From assembly GCA_049999805.1 (NCBI GenBank), contig JBNGIO010005972.1, positions 1-50,215 of the forward strand: a stretch of DNA of 50,215 bases, in the 5' to 3' direction. The translations under genes and the position numbers were made by a program. The DNA comes from Folioceros fuciformis. Taxonomy: Eukaryota. The notes beneath the pieces are model-generated. The model searched no databases, was not told the DNA's origin, and was given only the letters and a program-made list of their open reading frames with translations. Shown in pieces: positions 1-12,505 of this stretch. Each line of letters opens with the position of its first letter. Within the stretch, counting starts at the first letter, position 1.

Positions 1-489
1 GGGATGGGGGCGGCTGCAACCCCTGCCTCTAGCTCTAGCTAGGGCATGGCCTCCACAACCGTTCATGCCAGCCAAGCAATCAGCCAGCCTATCGTCAGAC
101 CCTGACCCCTGACACTGACATACCCAGATACCCGTTCCTATGTTCAAACCATTATTATATTATTATATTATTATATTATTTAATTATTATATTATTTAAT
201 TATTTAATATTATATATCTTTAACTAATATTAAACTAATCACCCAACCCTATGGCCTGGTACCGAACCTAAACCTTCCCAGCTCTGGGACCAAACTTATA
301 CCCACTCTTATAACCAAACCCACTATTTCTTGGTCAATTAACCCAATTAACACAAAGAAAAATAGGAAAAATGACCAGAAAATTAAGGAAAATTAGGGAA
401 AATAAGTTGAAAAAGAAAACCAAACCATACCACTATTAACCCTTTTTCAACCAAAACAAACTACTACCCTAAACTTTTGGAGGTTCACA
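1..489 (-). mobile_element. Terminal ~490 bp of a dispersed repeat, probably the 5' end of an LTR; contains an (ATTAT)n tract at ~151-215
   Basis: The reverse complement (TGTGAACCTCCAAAAGTTTAGGGTAGTAG...) aligns with 49814-50215 and 28413-28810. It starts with TG, as LTRs do. Confidence 0.7.
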
Positions 490-700
490 CCTGTTGCTGG
501 TCAACCGCTAGATCCAATAGATCAGGATCCTCCACCTGCAGATGTTTTACCAGATGCTTTAGACTTACATGAGCAGAATGTACCTCTTGTCCCCTTAAAC
601 GTTGCAGTTCCTGAACCACAGTTGGAACCTTCACCTCTCAGGAGATCAGCTCATACACATCGATCAGCTCATACACATCGTCCTAGATCAGAGTGGATTG
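490..700 (+). mobile_element. Probable copia integrase-RT linker fragment with an 18-bp tandem duplication (644-679)
   Basis: Pro/acidic reading ...PEPQLEPSPLRRSAHTHRSAHTHRP resembles the copia PLRRSxR motif. GATCAGCTCATACACATC occurs twice in tandem. Confidence 0.35.
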
Positions 701-1502
701 ATCCCCCTTACAACTGTCTGACAAGGAGGACTACACGATTGCGCTCAGGACACGCGTCGAAGGAGGGATGCATGTGTAGGTGTCTGTAAATGTTCAGACT
801 CTGGAAATGAAACATGAAAATGAATTGTTAACGAAACAGAGGGCACCAACAGCCGTGTCTGGCTCTAGCTGCAAGTAGCAACAATCAGGCAGCTTGCTGC
901 ATGTGCGACCACAACAGAAGGATGACACCTAGGAGCCCCCAAGAAACACCCAAGAAACAATGGAAACCACGAAACGTTTCTACTGCAAGGTTCTCCCGTA
1001 AAAAAGTAGTGACCAAAAGGATTAACACAGTATGAGGTTTCCAGTCCTTGGTCCTGTGAAGAGCACAGTGGTAGGTACACGGGTTGGTGTGAGATGGAAG
1101 AGTAGTCTGGCGTCGTGCGCCAACTGTGATTAGGACTGGCCCCATGCGCTTAGCTTACGTGTCAGAAAATAATTGTGAAGGACGGACAAAGGAACCTGAG
1201 AAAGGTGTTTATGTTGGAGTGTCTTGGAGAAGGAGGAGACCAAAGCTTGCTAGACGGTGCTGAGAGACTAGGTTGGAAAGGAATGGCTCATAACGTAGGC
1301 CTCCGCGTTGTTGCGAGCACCCTTGATGGGAGTCCGTTGTAGATTTGAGTGTCGGCAAGGCGGCTCTGGGCTGGTGGCTGGCGTATTGGTAAACCTCAAG
1401 CCTGGAGGGACGATGATGGAGGCTTTGAAGTGGCAAGTTCGAGGGATGAGGAGAGGGGACCCGATCATGGCATCCATACAACCGGTACCAGTAGCAGTTG
1501 AA

Positions 1503-3049
1503 ATGCGCTTGCTCTTCCTGTTCGTCAGATGCATGGCGCTGCTGTTGCTTGCGGCGATGCAATTGCACGCTGCCCCTCTACAACCTGCTTTCTGGGCGTG
1601 CAACCCGCGCCCGGATTTGGACTTCAATGTCACTTTCGGCACCAGGATACCCAACTGCTGCAGCCACGCAGAGCTAATGACGCTGCAAGCGGAGCCGGAG
1701 CACAAGACCTGGCAGCAGTATCTGGAGCAGAACCCGCTGCCTCGCGAGCTCCGCTTCCGCCCAGCCGCGCATTTGGTGGCCGGGAACGAGACGTACCTCC
1801 GGCAGCTGGACCTTGCGTATCGGCTCATCCGTGCCATCCCCGACGCCGACCCTAGGTCGCAATTCCAGCAAATGAACCTCCACTGCATCTACGGCGTGCA
1901 GGGAGTGGTGCCGCAGGCCGGGGCCCTAGACCTGGATTACACCGTGCATTCCAACTGGCTCTTCTTCCCCTTCCACCGCTGGTGAGCTTGTGATATCTGG
2001 TTCTTTCTTCCCCTGCAATGGCCGTGAGGTTGCACGTATTTCGACCCAGTGCACGTTCTTGCTGTTGCTTCAATTGTTTTTTGCAAGCCTTTGCGGAGAT
2101 GCGATGGCGATGGGTAAAGCCAATACGCGCCCACCTCAGTGCCTGGTGGGTCATTGCAGGTTCACGTTCTTCTACGAGCGGATTCTGGCCAAGCTGGTGG
2201 GCGACGAAACGTTCGCGCTGCCATTCTGGAACTGGGACAACCAGACTTCCGATTTGGAGCAAGAGCCCCCGCACGCCATCCCGGGCTTCATGAAGGACCC
2301 TGACCGCTACCCGGGGCTGTACAACAAATACCGGGACCCCCGACACGCGCCGGATGCGCCAAGGACTATGGTGAATTGCATCAAGGAATCGGTGTTCGAA
2401 GGCTACTCAGCATACTCGGCCGAGGAAATGGTTGCACAGCGGGCCATGAACAACGCGCACTTGCACGAGGTGATCGTGAAGCGCACCGCCAACGGCGAGC
2501 GGGAGCCCTTCCTCTCCTTCCCCGCCAGGAAAGGCGCTATGGTTCCCGACTTCTCAGAGTTCCAGGGCACATTCGAATCTCAACCGCACATAGCGGTGCA
2601 TTTCTGGGTGGGAGACCGGGCGTACTCCTACGCTGACATGGGCGTCACCTACCACGCCGTCCGCGATCCCCTCTTCTTCTTGCACCACGCCAACGTGGAC
2701 AGGCTCTGGAACGTCTGGCTGGTGAGTTGAAGTCGTCCAAATGTCATGTTCCAGAATCTGATGGCCGGACGCCATTCGAATCGCTATACTTACCGGGGCT
2801 GGGGCTGTGGTGCTGCTGTAATCCATGCACTTGCAGGGGCTGGAAGGAAGGAGCAACTACGACGACCCAGACTTCCTGGATGCCGCTTTCTACTTCTACG
2901 ATGAAAATGCCGAGGTCGTCAAAGTCACGGTTGCAGATTGCCTCCACTCAGACCTGTTGGGGTACAGTTACCAGCAAGTGGACAACCCCTGGCTCACCTA
3001 CGACGCCTCACAGCACCAACAAACATTCCCACAGCACGCAGAAGCGTAA
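1503..3049 (+). CDS. PPO: Polyphenol oxidase / tyrosinase-family protein, copy 1 (signal peptide, no C-terminal shield domain), ~417 aa; exons 1503-1981, 2160-2721, 2837-3049
   Basis: CuA HCIYG...VHSNWLFFPFHRW; FALPFWNWD; CuB PHIAVH...DMG...RDPLFFLHHANVDRLW; DWL-type domain DPDFL...FYDEN...GYSY...NPW. GT-AG introns 1982-2159 and 2722-2836 restore the frame. An alternative ATG lies at 1533. Confidence 0.93.
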
Positions 3050-4122
3050 CTAGGTGGTAGGATGCGGACTCGATCCGGGCTTCGAATTCCCCCGCGTCTG
3101 CCAGCGTTCGACATAACGAGAAAGCAGAGATACGTTTCTGCTGTCATCGTTGCTGTGGTCATTGCCGGACCCTTTTGGCAAAGGCAACAGGAATAAGGCA
3201 CGCAGTTGTCGTATTCCAAGCATTATTGTTTGTCTATGTAACGTTAAATCTTTTACTTGAATTGAGCTGTTCGAAAAAAAAGGCAGCTCTGCACGTAGAT
3301 GCTGTGAAGTGTGTCTTGGTTACGCTTTGTGGGTGGGATTGTGGGATCTGTTTTACAGCCTCGATTGGGACGATATGTAAATGTAGCTGCGTAAACAGGC
3401 TATGCATGAGCCTCCGTCATGCCCGTAAGCCATTGATCGTGACTCCTGACGAAAGGAGCCACACTGTGCACACTACTGGGATGGGTGTCGCGTGCTGCGT
3501 GTAGTACTCAGTCTAATGCCCCTGGCACGTAGAGCTCAGGTTACAGGCGGAACGCACAAGAAAAAATGGACGGTGGCTGGTCAGTCATAAAGTACAAACA
3601 CGAACTGGTGCTGCTGCGACTTGGCACGCGCCTGGCACATTTTCTTTTTGCTTATTACATCCAGCATCGGACCAGCGGGCTGTACCCTCCGTCCCAGACT
3701 TTCGACAAGTCCAGCCCCAGCTGCGAAGCCCTGCGCCGCGACAGGTGTCAAGCGAGGTTCGCAGCATCTTGCCATCGGAATATCATCTTGGGCCACGCGG
3801 ACCGGCGGCTCCGGACTCTGCCACTGTGTTTTCCTGGAGACTGGACTCCTCATCACGAGTGGGGTCCCAGTAGGCCAGAATAGACTCACATTGGAGACTC
3901 CAATTGGGCCCACCCAGAAAGAGTACAATAATGTACACAACTGCACGCACTGCCGAGCGGTAGGCTCTCGTTGGTAGCAACCGTGGAGTGTCTGATTTCT
4001 GCACGCAAAGGCATCGGAGAGGTGAATGTTGCTGGAGTAGGTACGCTGGTGAGGTTGAAAATTCAGACAGCCCACATGTGAGTTCTCACTTCCAGCTCCT
4101 CCACAGCAAGGTTGTGGCGTCC

Positions 4123-5649
4123 ATGACAGGCTTCCACGACTCGAGAACGTTGCAGCGGCCGCTGAAGCTGCGGGTGCCGCTGCTGCTGCTGCTGCTGCTA
4201 AGCGCTGCATTGGCAGCGCTACCGGTGGCAGCCGCCCCCATCTCGGCTGACTTCTGGGACTGCAACACGTGGCCGCAGTGGCCCGCCAAGATCGGCAATC
4301 TGTGGCCCAATTGCTGCAAGCTGAAGGAGCTGCTGCGCAAGCCCGAGCCCCTGTACAAGACCTGGAATGAGTACGTGGAGCAGAGCGGGCTCCAGAGCAG
4401 GCAACCCGTGGTGCGACGGCCTGCGCATCTGCTTGCCCAGAATGACACCTACTTGCGGCAGCTGGACCTGGCGTACCACAGAGTGAAGGCGCTGCCCAAC
4501 ACCGATCCCAGGTCGCTCTTCCTGCAGATGAATTTCCATTGCATCTACGGCAGCCCTGGCGTGGTGCACCAGCCCGGCCGCCCCGACCTCAGATACGTGG
4601 CGCACAACAGCTGGCTCTTCTTCCCCTTCCATCGCTGGTACCTTGATTTCGGACTAACCTCAAGCCCGGATCCATGCTCATTCGTTCTTCCAGCCTGCTG
4701 CAGCGTTGTAGTCTTCAGACTTTGCATGCTGCAATCCAGCAATGTACGCTAATAATTGTCATGGAATTGTATGTGCCGAAGGTACACCTTCTTCTTCGAA
4801 CGAATCCTTGCAACGCTGGTGGAGGACGACTCCTTCGCCCTGCCCTTCTGGAACTGGGACAACCAGAGCCCCGACTATTACCCCCTGCCGAACGTCGTCC
4901 CTCCCTTCATGCGCGACCCCAACAATTTCCCAGGCCTCTTCAGCTACAACCGCCATCCTCGGCACCTACCCGGAGCTCCCCTCACGCTGGTCAATCTCAA
5001 CGTGGACTCCTCCCGGGAAGGATACTCCGCCTTCTCCCCGGAGGAGATTGCAGAGCAGCGGAGAGCCAACAACGCGCATCTGCACAGAGTGATCGTGGAG
5101 AGCACCGCTCACGGAGAGCAGGGCCCCTTCCTATCTTACCCGGTGCGAGCAGGCGAAGACATCCCGGATTACAGCACATGGTCGCAGGGCTTTGAGGCGC
5201 AAGCGCATCTTGCAGTCCACATATGGTTGGGAGACCCGGAACACTCGTTTGCGGACATGGGTGTCACTTACCACGCTGTTCGAGACCCGCTCTTCTTTTT
5301 GCACCACGCCAATGTCGACAGGATGTGGAACGTGTGGCTGGTGGGCATTTCATTTCCTGTTGTTATCGCACTTCAATTTTGTTGCTCTTGCAATGCGGCC
5401 CGATCTGTCATGAATAATGCGCATGTCACCTGGCAGGGGCTGGAGGGAAGGAGCAACTACGATGACCCAGATTTCCTGGATGCTGCTTTCTTTTTCTACG
5501 ACGAGTTTGGGGAGCTTGTGAGAGTCACAATTGCGGACGGCTTGGACTCGTCCCAGCTCAAATACACCTACCAGGAGGTGGAAAATCCCTGGATCGCCTA
5601 CGGCGCCTCGTCTGCGGCACAGGAAGCCCAAGCCCATTCCCAAGCTTGA
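4123..5649 (+). CDS. PPO: Polyphenol oxidase copy 2, ~428 aa; exons 4123-4637, 4782-5340, 5437-5649
   Basis: Poly-Leu signal peptide; HCIYG; AHNSWLFFPFHRW; AHLAVH; RDPLFFLHHANVDRMW. Introns sit at the same codon positions as in copy 1. Confidence 0.93.
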
Positions 5650-7019
5650 CGCTTTTTGTGAGCTATGATTTCGTGTCTTGTTGATTCTCAGTGCCGAAAT
5701 GGGACATCGTCATTTCCTTGTGTACGTGTGTGCATGTAAAACTGTGCTCGCAAGCACATACTGTACGTACATTATATGCGGATACAATCATATCTACATA
5801 CGGTATTCTATTTCCGTGTTGTCAGACGACGAAGTCGTTTCAGACCACCTGGATCTTGACATGAGGGGAGGAATTGGAAAACATGTACACTGTATACCCG
5901 TCAGGAAGATCATCTGCTCACGACCGGTCTTGAGGCATGTCTGGCCCTTGCTACCGACAACATGTGCACCGATTCTGAAGAGAATATCTCATGGTGGGAT
6001 TCGGTTGCGAACCAGTCTGTCACAAAACTGGACTACAAGGAAACACCGTCCCCAGTCGGGACCCCATCCATCCGTCTTCCTGCCTCACAGATGATGGCCC
6101 TTCTACTCCGTTCTGGTACAAGTGACAAAACTAGCAGACAGGTAAACACCGTTCCCAGCCCAGCCGGGACCCCATCGGTTCGTCTTCATGTCCATGGTCA
6201 TCTGGAAAACAAACAGCTCTGCAAAGCTGTGTCGGCTAAAGCAAGCACCGGAAGGTAGGTACTGCAGCACTCTTGTGAGGGTTAACTGTGAGTTGTGTAC
6301 GCCGCTAGTCACACTTCAAAGCTTAGAGTTTACGTTGCTATTTTTCTCTAAAGAAATTATGTATGATTGATTTGCTCAAAGTCTGGTCTGGGGCTCAAGT
6401 CGTGAAGGAAAAGGTGCTTTGTCGTGGGCCACCTGCTATATGCACAACGTGTAGATGTAGTGAAAAGGCAATTTTTCCATCGTTGTGCAGAGGACTTGAT
6501 CAGGGACTTGTCAACGTCCAGACAAGGGCCTGGAAAGGACTTCGCTGACAGAGTGTGACTCATTCCATTCCCGCAAGCGCAAGACCGCATCGACCACAGA
6601 TGGTACGGCTTGATGCCTTCCTTGCTGCCTCCTGGCTTGCAGGGGGCTATGATTAAGAGCATGGGTCCCTCGGCTGGTCCCTCTCCCTTGGTTATTCGCT
6701 TGCACTATTCCCTGGCGGGCCCGGAATACGCCTGCGCGGCTCATTATGAAAGCCGCGCTCTACGGGCCCATGCTGAACCACCGGACAAAGTTGTGAGGCA
6801 CGGCTTTCCAAGAACATGGGCCCCACCACATTCCATCCTGCCCATGCTCCATGCATACCATGAGGCCACCGGTCCTGCCCTGGTGTGCTCTTCACCGTCG
6901 CGCACGCCGGTGCGATTCCACCGGCTACCTCCCGTCTATCTCCACAGCTTATACATACGAAGACGTATCGCTAATCGGATACATTTGAATGTTGAAATCA
7001 AATTACTTGCCTGCTCCAG

Positions 7020-7275
7020 CGACGCGAAGTTTTCGTGCTCGCTCCAAGTCGGGAGGCCAAGAAGGAACGTCGCGAAGCCTTTGTGCTCGCTCAGGTCGAG
7101 AGGCCAAGAGGCAACGCCGCTAAGCATCCGTGCTCGCTCANNNNNNNNNNGTGCTCGCTCAAGTCGAGAGGCCAAGAGGCAACGCCGCTAAGCATCCTTG
7201 CTCGCTCAGGTCGAGAGGCCAAGAGGCAATGCCGCTAAGCATCCGTGCTCGCTCTAGTCGGGAGGCCATGAGGCA
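7020..7275 (+). repeat. Left subterminal tandem array of the MULE, 47-bp unit GTGCTCGCTCAAGTCGAGAGGCCAAGAGGCAACGCCGCTAAGCATCC (spans an N gap)
   Basis: Units recur at 47-bp spacing (e.g. 7151, 7198, 7245). Confidence 0.9.
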
Positions 7276-8873
7276 TCGCATGCAACACTATGAGAACTAG
7301 AGGAACTGGGTTTGGGGTCTATCGTTTCTTTTGAATTCCAGCATGTTTTCTCATTACTGTAGTTGTAGATATCAATCCATTGTATGATGGATACACTTGT
7401 AGCCTAATCCACGCACAAGATCTTGGGGTTGTCCATCATCACGTTGTGATCAGTGTCCTTGTGGTGCAATGTGACAAGATTGTTCTGTATGTGGCCTGCC
7501 CCAACTAGAACTTGAAGTTGCTTGCAATTGGCAATTGTAGATATTGTGAGGAGCATCTAGTGTTCAGGAAATTGAACTTCTGACTACGTTTGATAATACA
7601 AGATGCAAAATGTAGGGCACGAGTTGTGGCCTTTGAAGCAGCAAGGGATTTTTTTTGTCTATGTCACCAATTCAGCATAGTACATTGTAGATAAACAAGG
7701 AACGTGGTGAGTTGTTGCACGGGCTAGTTAGGAAACATTGGTAGTGTTCCTTTAGCATTATATCTCCCAAGAATAGTGGACCACCATACATTAAGGTGGA
7801 TAGAGTTGAGGCAATAATGCGACAGCAGTTGTTTCATAGCGAGGCACTATCTCCTAAGACACTCCCAACCAGCCTATTCTCATGGAAGCTCCTTCTTATG
7901 AACTGCCTACATATCTAGTTCAACATCAAAATTAAACCAAGCTAACAGTAAGGTGGAGATAAATATTCCATGTCTAGCATTATTTTTTATTGGCTTCACT
8001 TTTGGAGCTATTGCTATGGGCTTGATTGTGTTAGGCATGTTGTGAGCTTTTAGTAAACGAAATAGTAGTTGATAGAAAATTTTTCAAATTGCATATAGTA
8101 TTACTTCTTTCACTAGCAATTCAAATAGCAAGTAGCTACTTATAAAGAAGCACTCACGTGCCTTAGCTACCAGCTTGTTGACCACTAGATGCCTAGTTTG
8201 TAAATATTTGTTTCTGTTGCTTTGTGACAGGAACTTGCTAGGCCTCAACGAATTCTATAGGAAGGGCACCCTTTGCAATGTGCCTAGGACCTTGACTTTC
8301 TCAAAATACTAGTTTTCTTTTTAAGCTGTTATCTCTTGTAAGGATGCTTTCCGAAAAAGTAAATTGTTAATGGACACCTAACTCTTGTGCTCCTAGCTCT
8401 TCAATTTTCCAAATGGCTTGTTGCAAGAAGCCTGTAGTATGCTTCTCCAATTGTCGCCATTTTTCAACCATTATGCATATTTTCTTGAATTGTGCCTCCA
8501 AAACTGCACCTCTTTGATATTATTGGTTGCATTGGGTTGCACTTATGGCTTCATTCATGGCCTCTAGTATTTCTTTTTCCGCATATTCATGATCCAATGT
8601 TTTTGCTGTAAGATGAATGGGGACATCTTCAAGTTGTGCCATGTGCATAAAATGCCACACGAGTTGCTGAGTCAAAGTAAAGTTTCCCCAATAACATCCT
8701 AACCTTCCCTTGGTGATTACAAATAAAGCCCTACATAGCATATGGGCAATTGCACAAAGGCCAATTAGTGGAGGCATGTTTCACGTCATATACCGACAAG
8801 TGATTTTGTTTTCGCTCCGGACATAAGCTGAAGAATTGGTCTCTACGGGCAAAACAACATTTGCATCATTGAT

Positions 8874-9554
8874 TTTTTTTTTCGCAAAGAAAAAAAATAT
8901 GATTATACGTAGCTCAAGATACAGCAAGATTACAGTACTTGCTCACATAATTGTGTAAGGCATTAGTCTACATGCTAATTCCTAAACTGCAGAAGTGATC
9001 AAACCAGAACTATCATGTAGGCGAGAGATCCCTCGTCAATGGATGACTCACCTTCCCCATGGGTAGGTGTGGTTCCACTGGCCATTATGCCCAAGGAATT
9101 CGGCTGTCTTCCACTCTGTTCGACTGAACTTGTTGTGGGCAAAAGTACGAATGCTCTCCACAGTCACCAGGACCTATTCCTAGATACGCCAAAGTAGAGC
9201 TTTCCTTGATACCAGGTCGTTACCGCCATAGACCATTGCTATCTAGTTTTGCCACATGACGAAGAGAGACAGAGACCATACCACTCCCCACCACTGCTTC
9301 TGTACAAGAGGCTCTCCTGCCCGCTCATCAAGCTCGAATAGGGCGGTTTGCTCTGTAACCAAAATGGTTCTCTCTAGGAGAAGGTTTTGAAGCCTCCTGC
9401 CAACTTCAATCCAGACACCTTGCGCATAGTTGCACTGAAAGAAGATATGTTGGCTTTTGTGAGAGGCGCCAACATTACAAAGCCTACACCATTCCTCCCC
9501 CGTGGTTGCCAGCAACCCGTCCCAACAATCTGTGTTAGGCAAGCAAGCTTGAAA
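8874..9554 (-). mobile_element. 5'-truncated L1-like LINE (zf-RVT region plus 3' end) inserted in the MULE transposase
   Basis: CRLCNVGASHKSQHIFFQCNYAQGVW zinc-knuckle. Poly(T) at 8873-8882 is the minus-strand poly(A) tail. TSD GCATCATTGAT (8863-8873) / GCATCATTAAT (9555-9565). Confidence 0.8.
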
Positions 9555-10859
9555 GCATCATTAATATTTGAAGCCTTCGTCACGACATGTGGCACCATTC
9601 TCTTTAATTTCACATTTCCTATAATGCCTTGTGTGGAACGTGAAATTTTGGGACATGGGACGGGCTCCTATCCTACCGTGTTGAGTGCTTTGCCCAAATA
9701 ATGGTTTGATTTGTGTCTTTGTTTTTTTTCCTTTCTGTCTATTTGAGTCTTGTTTTGTGTTCCTTGGTCTTTGATGGTCAACTTATGCATCGAACATATC
9801 TACACATTTTGTAGGTCTATGAAGTCAATATCTAACAAGATTTTCCATCAATTATTTTAGTGTACATACCAGAAGGAGTGGAATTTATTAAGACAGTTGG
9901 TCTGATTTTGGTAGGTTGGCCTACGGCCATTCAAAGTGTCTTTGAGAGCAATGTGTTTGTCAATCCTATGTGTGAGGCGGAGGATAAAACTCCCAAGTCT
10001 AATAGGGTAATATGAAATAGGTGTTAGTTAATGTCAACTAAGTATCTGTGGATAATAAGCCTACGTGGCAGGTAGGTCAGACAACAAGAGGATGTCATGT
10101 ACTTAGGGAGATCAAAGCAGATTCAGGACATGTGTGAGCATGCATAGTGGGAGTAAAACAAACGATGGAGGGGCAAGCTCCTTATATATGCAGTGAAGAT
10201 TTTGAAGGCCAAGGAGCGCAAGAGGACTGATTTCTCAGTGTGTGAAGGAGAGGTGGAGTCCTTGGGCTTCGATGTTTTGGGAAATTGGCAGCTGCCTATA
10301 TAAGATGGCCAGAGCTACCAAGACAACTCACGTTGGACATAATGACAAGGCTAGAAGGAGAAGCGGAAAGGGTGACCCGCTAGACTTCGAGGAACTTTGG
10401 AAGAAGAAAGGGTGCACCTTCAGAGCTACATGTTGAAGACCAATCAAGAGCTGTTGAAGATTGCCAAGAGGAAGGCCATTGAGCCTCATGACGATGTCCG
10501 AGCTAAGTTGAAGAAGTCCATCGCTCCCATGTCGGAATGGAAAGAAGACAATGGCATGGATGGAGAAGATTCTGAGTGCAAGGAGTTACTTGAGTAGGAG
10601 AAAGAAGAATGGGCATGAGAAGCTGCTAAAACATTGCCTGATTGAGCAGAGCTACCGCCATAGGAGGGACTCATTACCGAACCACCTATAGAGATAGAAG
10701 GGAGTAAACCTACGAACGGTGGAGAAAGACAGCTAGAGAAAGGAGAACCTATTACGGAGAAGGATAAAGAGCGAGAAGAGATGCAAGAGGGGAAAAAGGA
10801 CAAAATTTGACAATATTGTTTAGAGAGAACAATAGACTTGAATAATGAATGAGATAATA

Positions 10860-12505
10860 ATGATTACAAAGAGTTGGTCTTAAATACTAAACCCTAAGTG
10901 TTAACTATGTAACCCTTCATAATATATCTAACCCTAGTCTAGGTAACCTTGTGACCGTGGTTACTATAATTAACACACCCCCTCAACCACGACGTTGGTC
11001 ATACTAAGGGCACAGACAAAAAACGAAGATGGCCAAAGTAGAAAACGAGTTGAGTGTTGGACGATTATGCATGTAGTAAGCTTCATCCGTCCAGCACCCA
11101 GCGCCTCCATCTGCAACCCAAGGCAAGTAGGAAGAATACTCTTCCAGGCCCAATGCCTCCAGGTGGAAAACATGCTTGCTTGTCGGTAAGCTCTTTGTAA
11201 GCACATCAGCGGTGTTCAACTCTGTTGATATACACTCAATCTTGATGACCTTATGCTCCATAGAATGTCGAACAAAATGATGGTGAACTTCTATGTATTT
11301 GGTGCACACGTGAAATTGAGGATTCCCTACCAACACTATGGTTGACATGTTGTCACAGAAGATGGTTGTAGGGATAGCCTGTGGAAAATTCAAACCAGCA
11401 AGGAAAGTCAGCTCCCATTCGGCCTCCTTGGCTGAATCCGTAAGAGCCTTATAGTGCATTGGTGGATGAGAGAGCAATGAATGTCTGCTTCTTCGAACTC
11501 CAATTAACAGTTGTACCAGATAGGAGGAAGCAGTATGCAGAGATGCTCTAACATTGATCTGGGTTAGTCACCCAGTCCGCATAAGCCTACCCCTTCAAGG
11601 TGAGGTCATTGTCTTGCCCTTGAAAGCAGAGTCCAAAAGTAAAAGTTCCTTTTAGATACCTTAAAATCCATTTAACGGTCATCCAGTGTTCTTGGCCAAG
11701 ATTCTCCAGATATTATGAAATTGCACTCACGGAATGCTGGATGTCAGGTTGTGTCCAGCAGCTGATATAGTTGAGGCAGCCCACAACATGCCGATAAGGA
11801 ATCTGGCTCATGGCTTCTCGATCATCATCATCCTGAGGACACTAAAGAGTAGAAAGCTTAACACCAACACATCCATGAGTACTAACTGGCTTAGCATCCT
11901 GAAGATTAAAATGCCAAAGTGTCTCTTCGATGTACTTGGTTTGATGAAGAATCAAAGTACGTGTTTCCCTATCCCTAAGAAGCTGTACACCTAAAACAAA
12001 AGTGAGAGGACCAATATCTTTCATATCATACTATTTATGAAACATGCCCTTAGCCCAATCTAACAGCCCTTGATTATTTGACGCCAAGATGGCATAATCT
12101 ACATAAAGAGCTAAAACAACTAGGTAACTACCCTTGGTGTAGAAATACATATGAGAATCTGCTGGGTTATGCAGGAAACCTATAGAGCGAAGATACTTGT
12201 CTATGCATTTATACCACTCACGGGCACTATGTTTGAGCCCATATCAGGTCTTCTTAAGATTACATGCCCAATCTGGGTGTTCAAGATGCACAAGGCCCTC
12301 AGGCTGATCCATATAAATGTTTTCCTCCAAATCGCCATAGAGGAAAGCTGTGGAGACATCCATATGTTCCAAATCCGAATCCCTAGCTATAGCCCAGGCT
12401 AATATCATCCGGATACATTGAGTCTTCACAACCGGGCTAAAGGTTTCGTTAAAATCAACACCTGCTACTTGAGAAAATCCACGAGCAACAAGGTCATGTT
12501 CGCCT
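10860..12505 (-). mobile_element. Ty1/copia fragment (RT-RNase H, PPT, start of 3' LTR) nested in the MULE
   Basis: LVARGFSQVAGVDFNETFSPVVK; HMDVSTAFLYGDLEENIYMDQPEG; IFCDNMSTI...TKYIEVHHHFVR...ADVLTKSL. Minus-strand PPT TTGAGGGGGTG, then TGTTA at 10975. The left boundary is approximate. Confidence 0.88.

Noticed and set aside
1308-1502. Longer N-termini for the PPOs given by the ORF track (1308, 3988, 15853)
   Set aside because: They begin at non-ATG codons and are not conserved among paralogues. The ATGs just before the signal peptides fit better.
6765-6925. Two divergent structured ncRNA genes (rDNA ETS-, ribozyme- or telomerase-RNA-like) at 6765-6925 and 15114-15277
   Set aside because: Similarity stops exactly at a 9-bp TSD and encloses a MULE transposase, so these are TIRs. 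No telomerase template, hammerhead core or snRNA motifs were found.
7020-7275. CRISPR-like or guide-RNA array interpretation of the 47-, 46- and 23-bp repeats
   Set aside because: The units are head-to-tail with no unique spacers and there is no Cas-like ORF. The 47- and 46-bp arrays are explained as MULE subterminal repeats.
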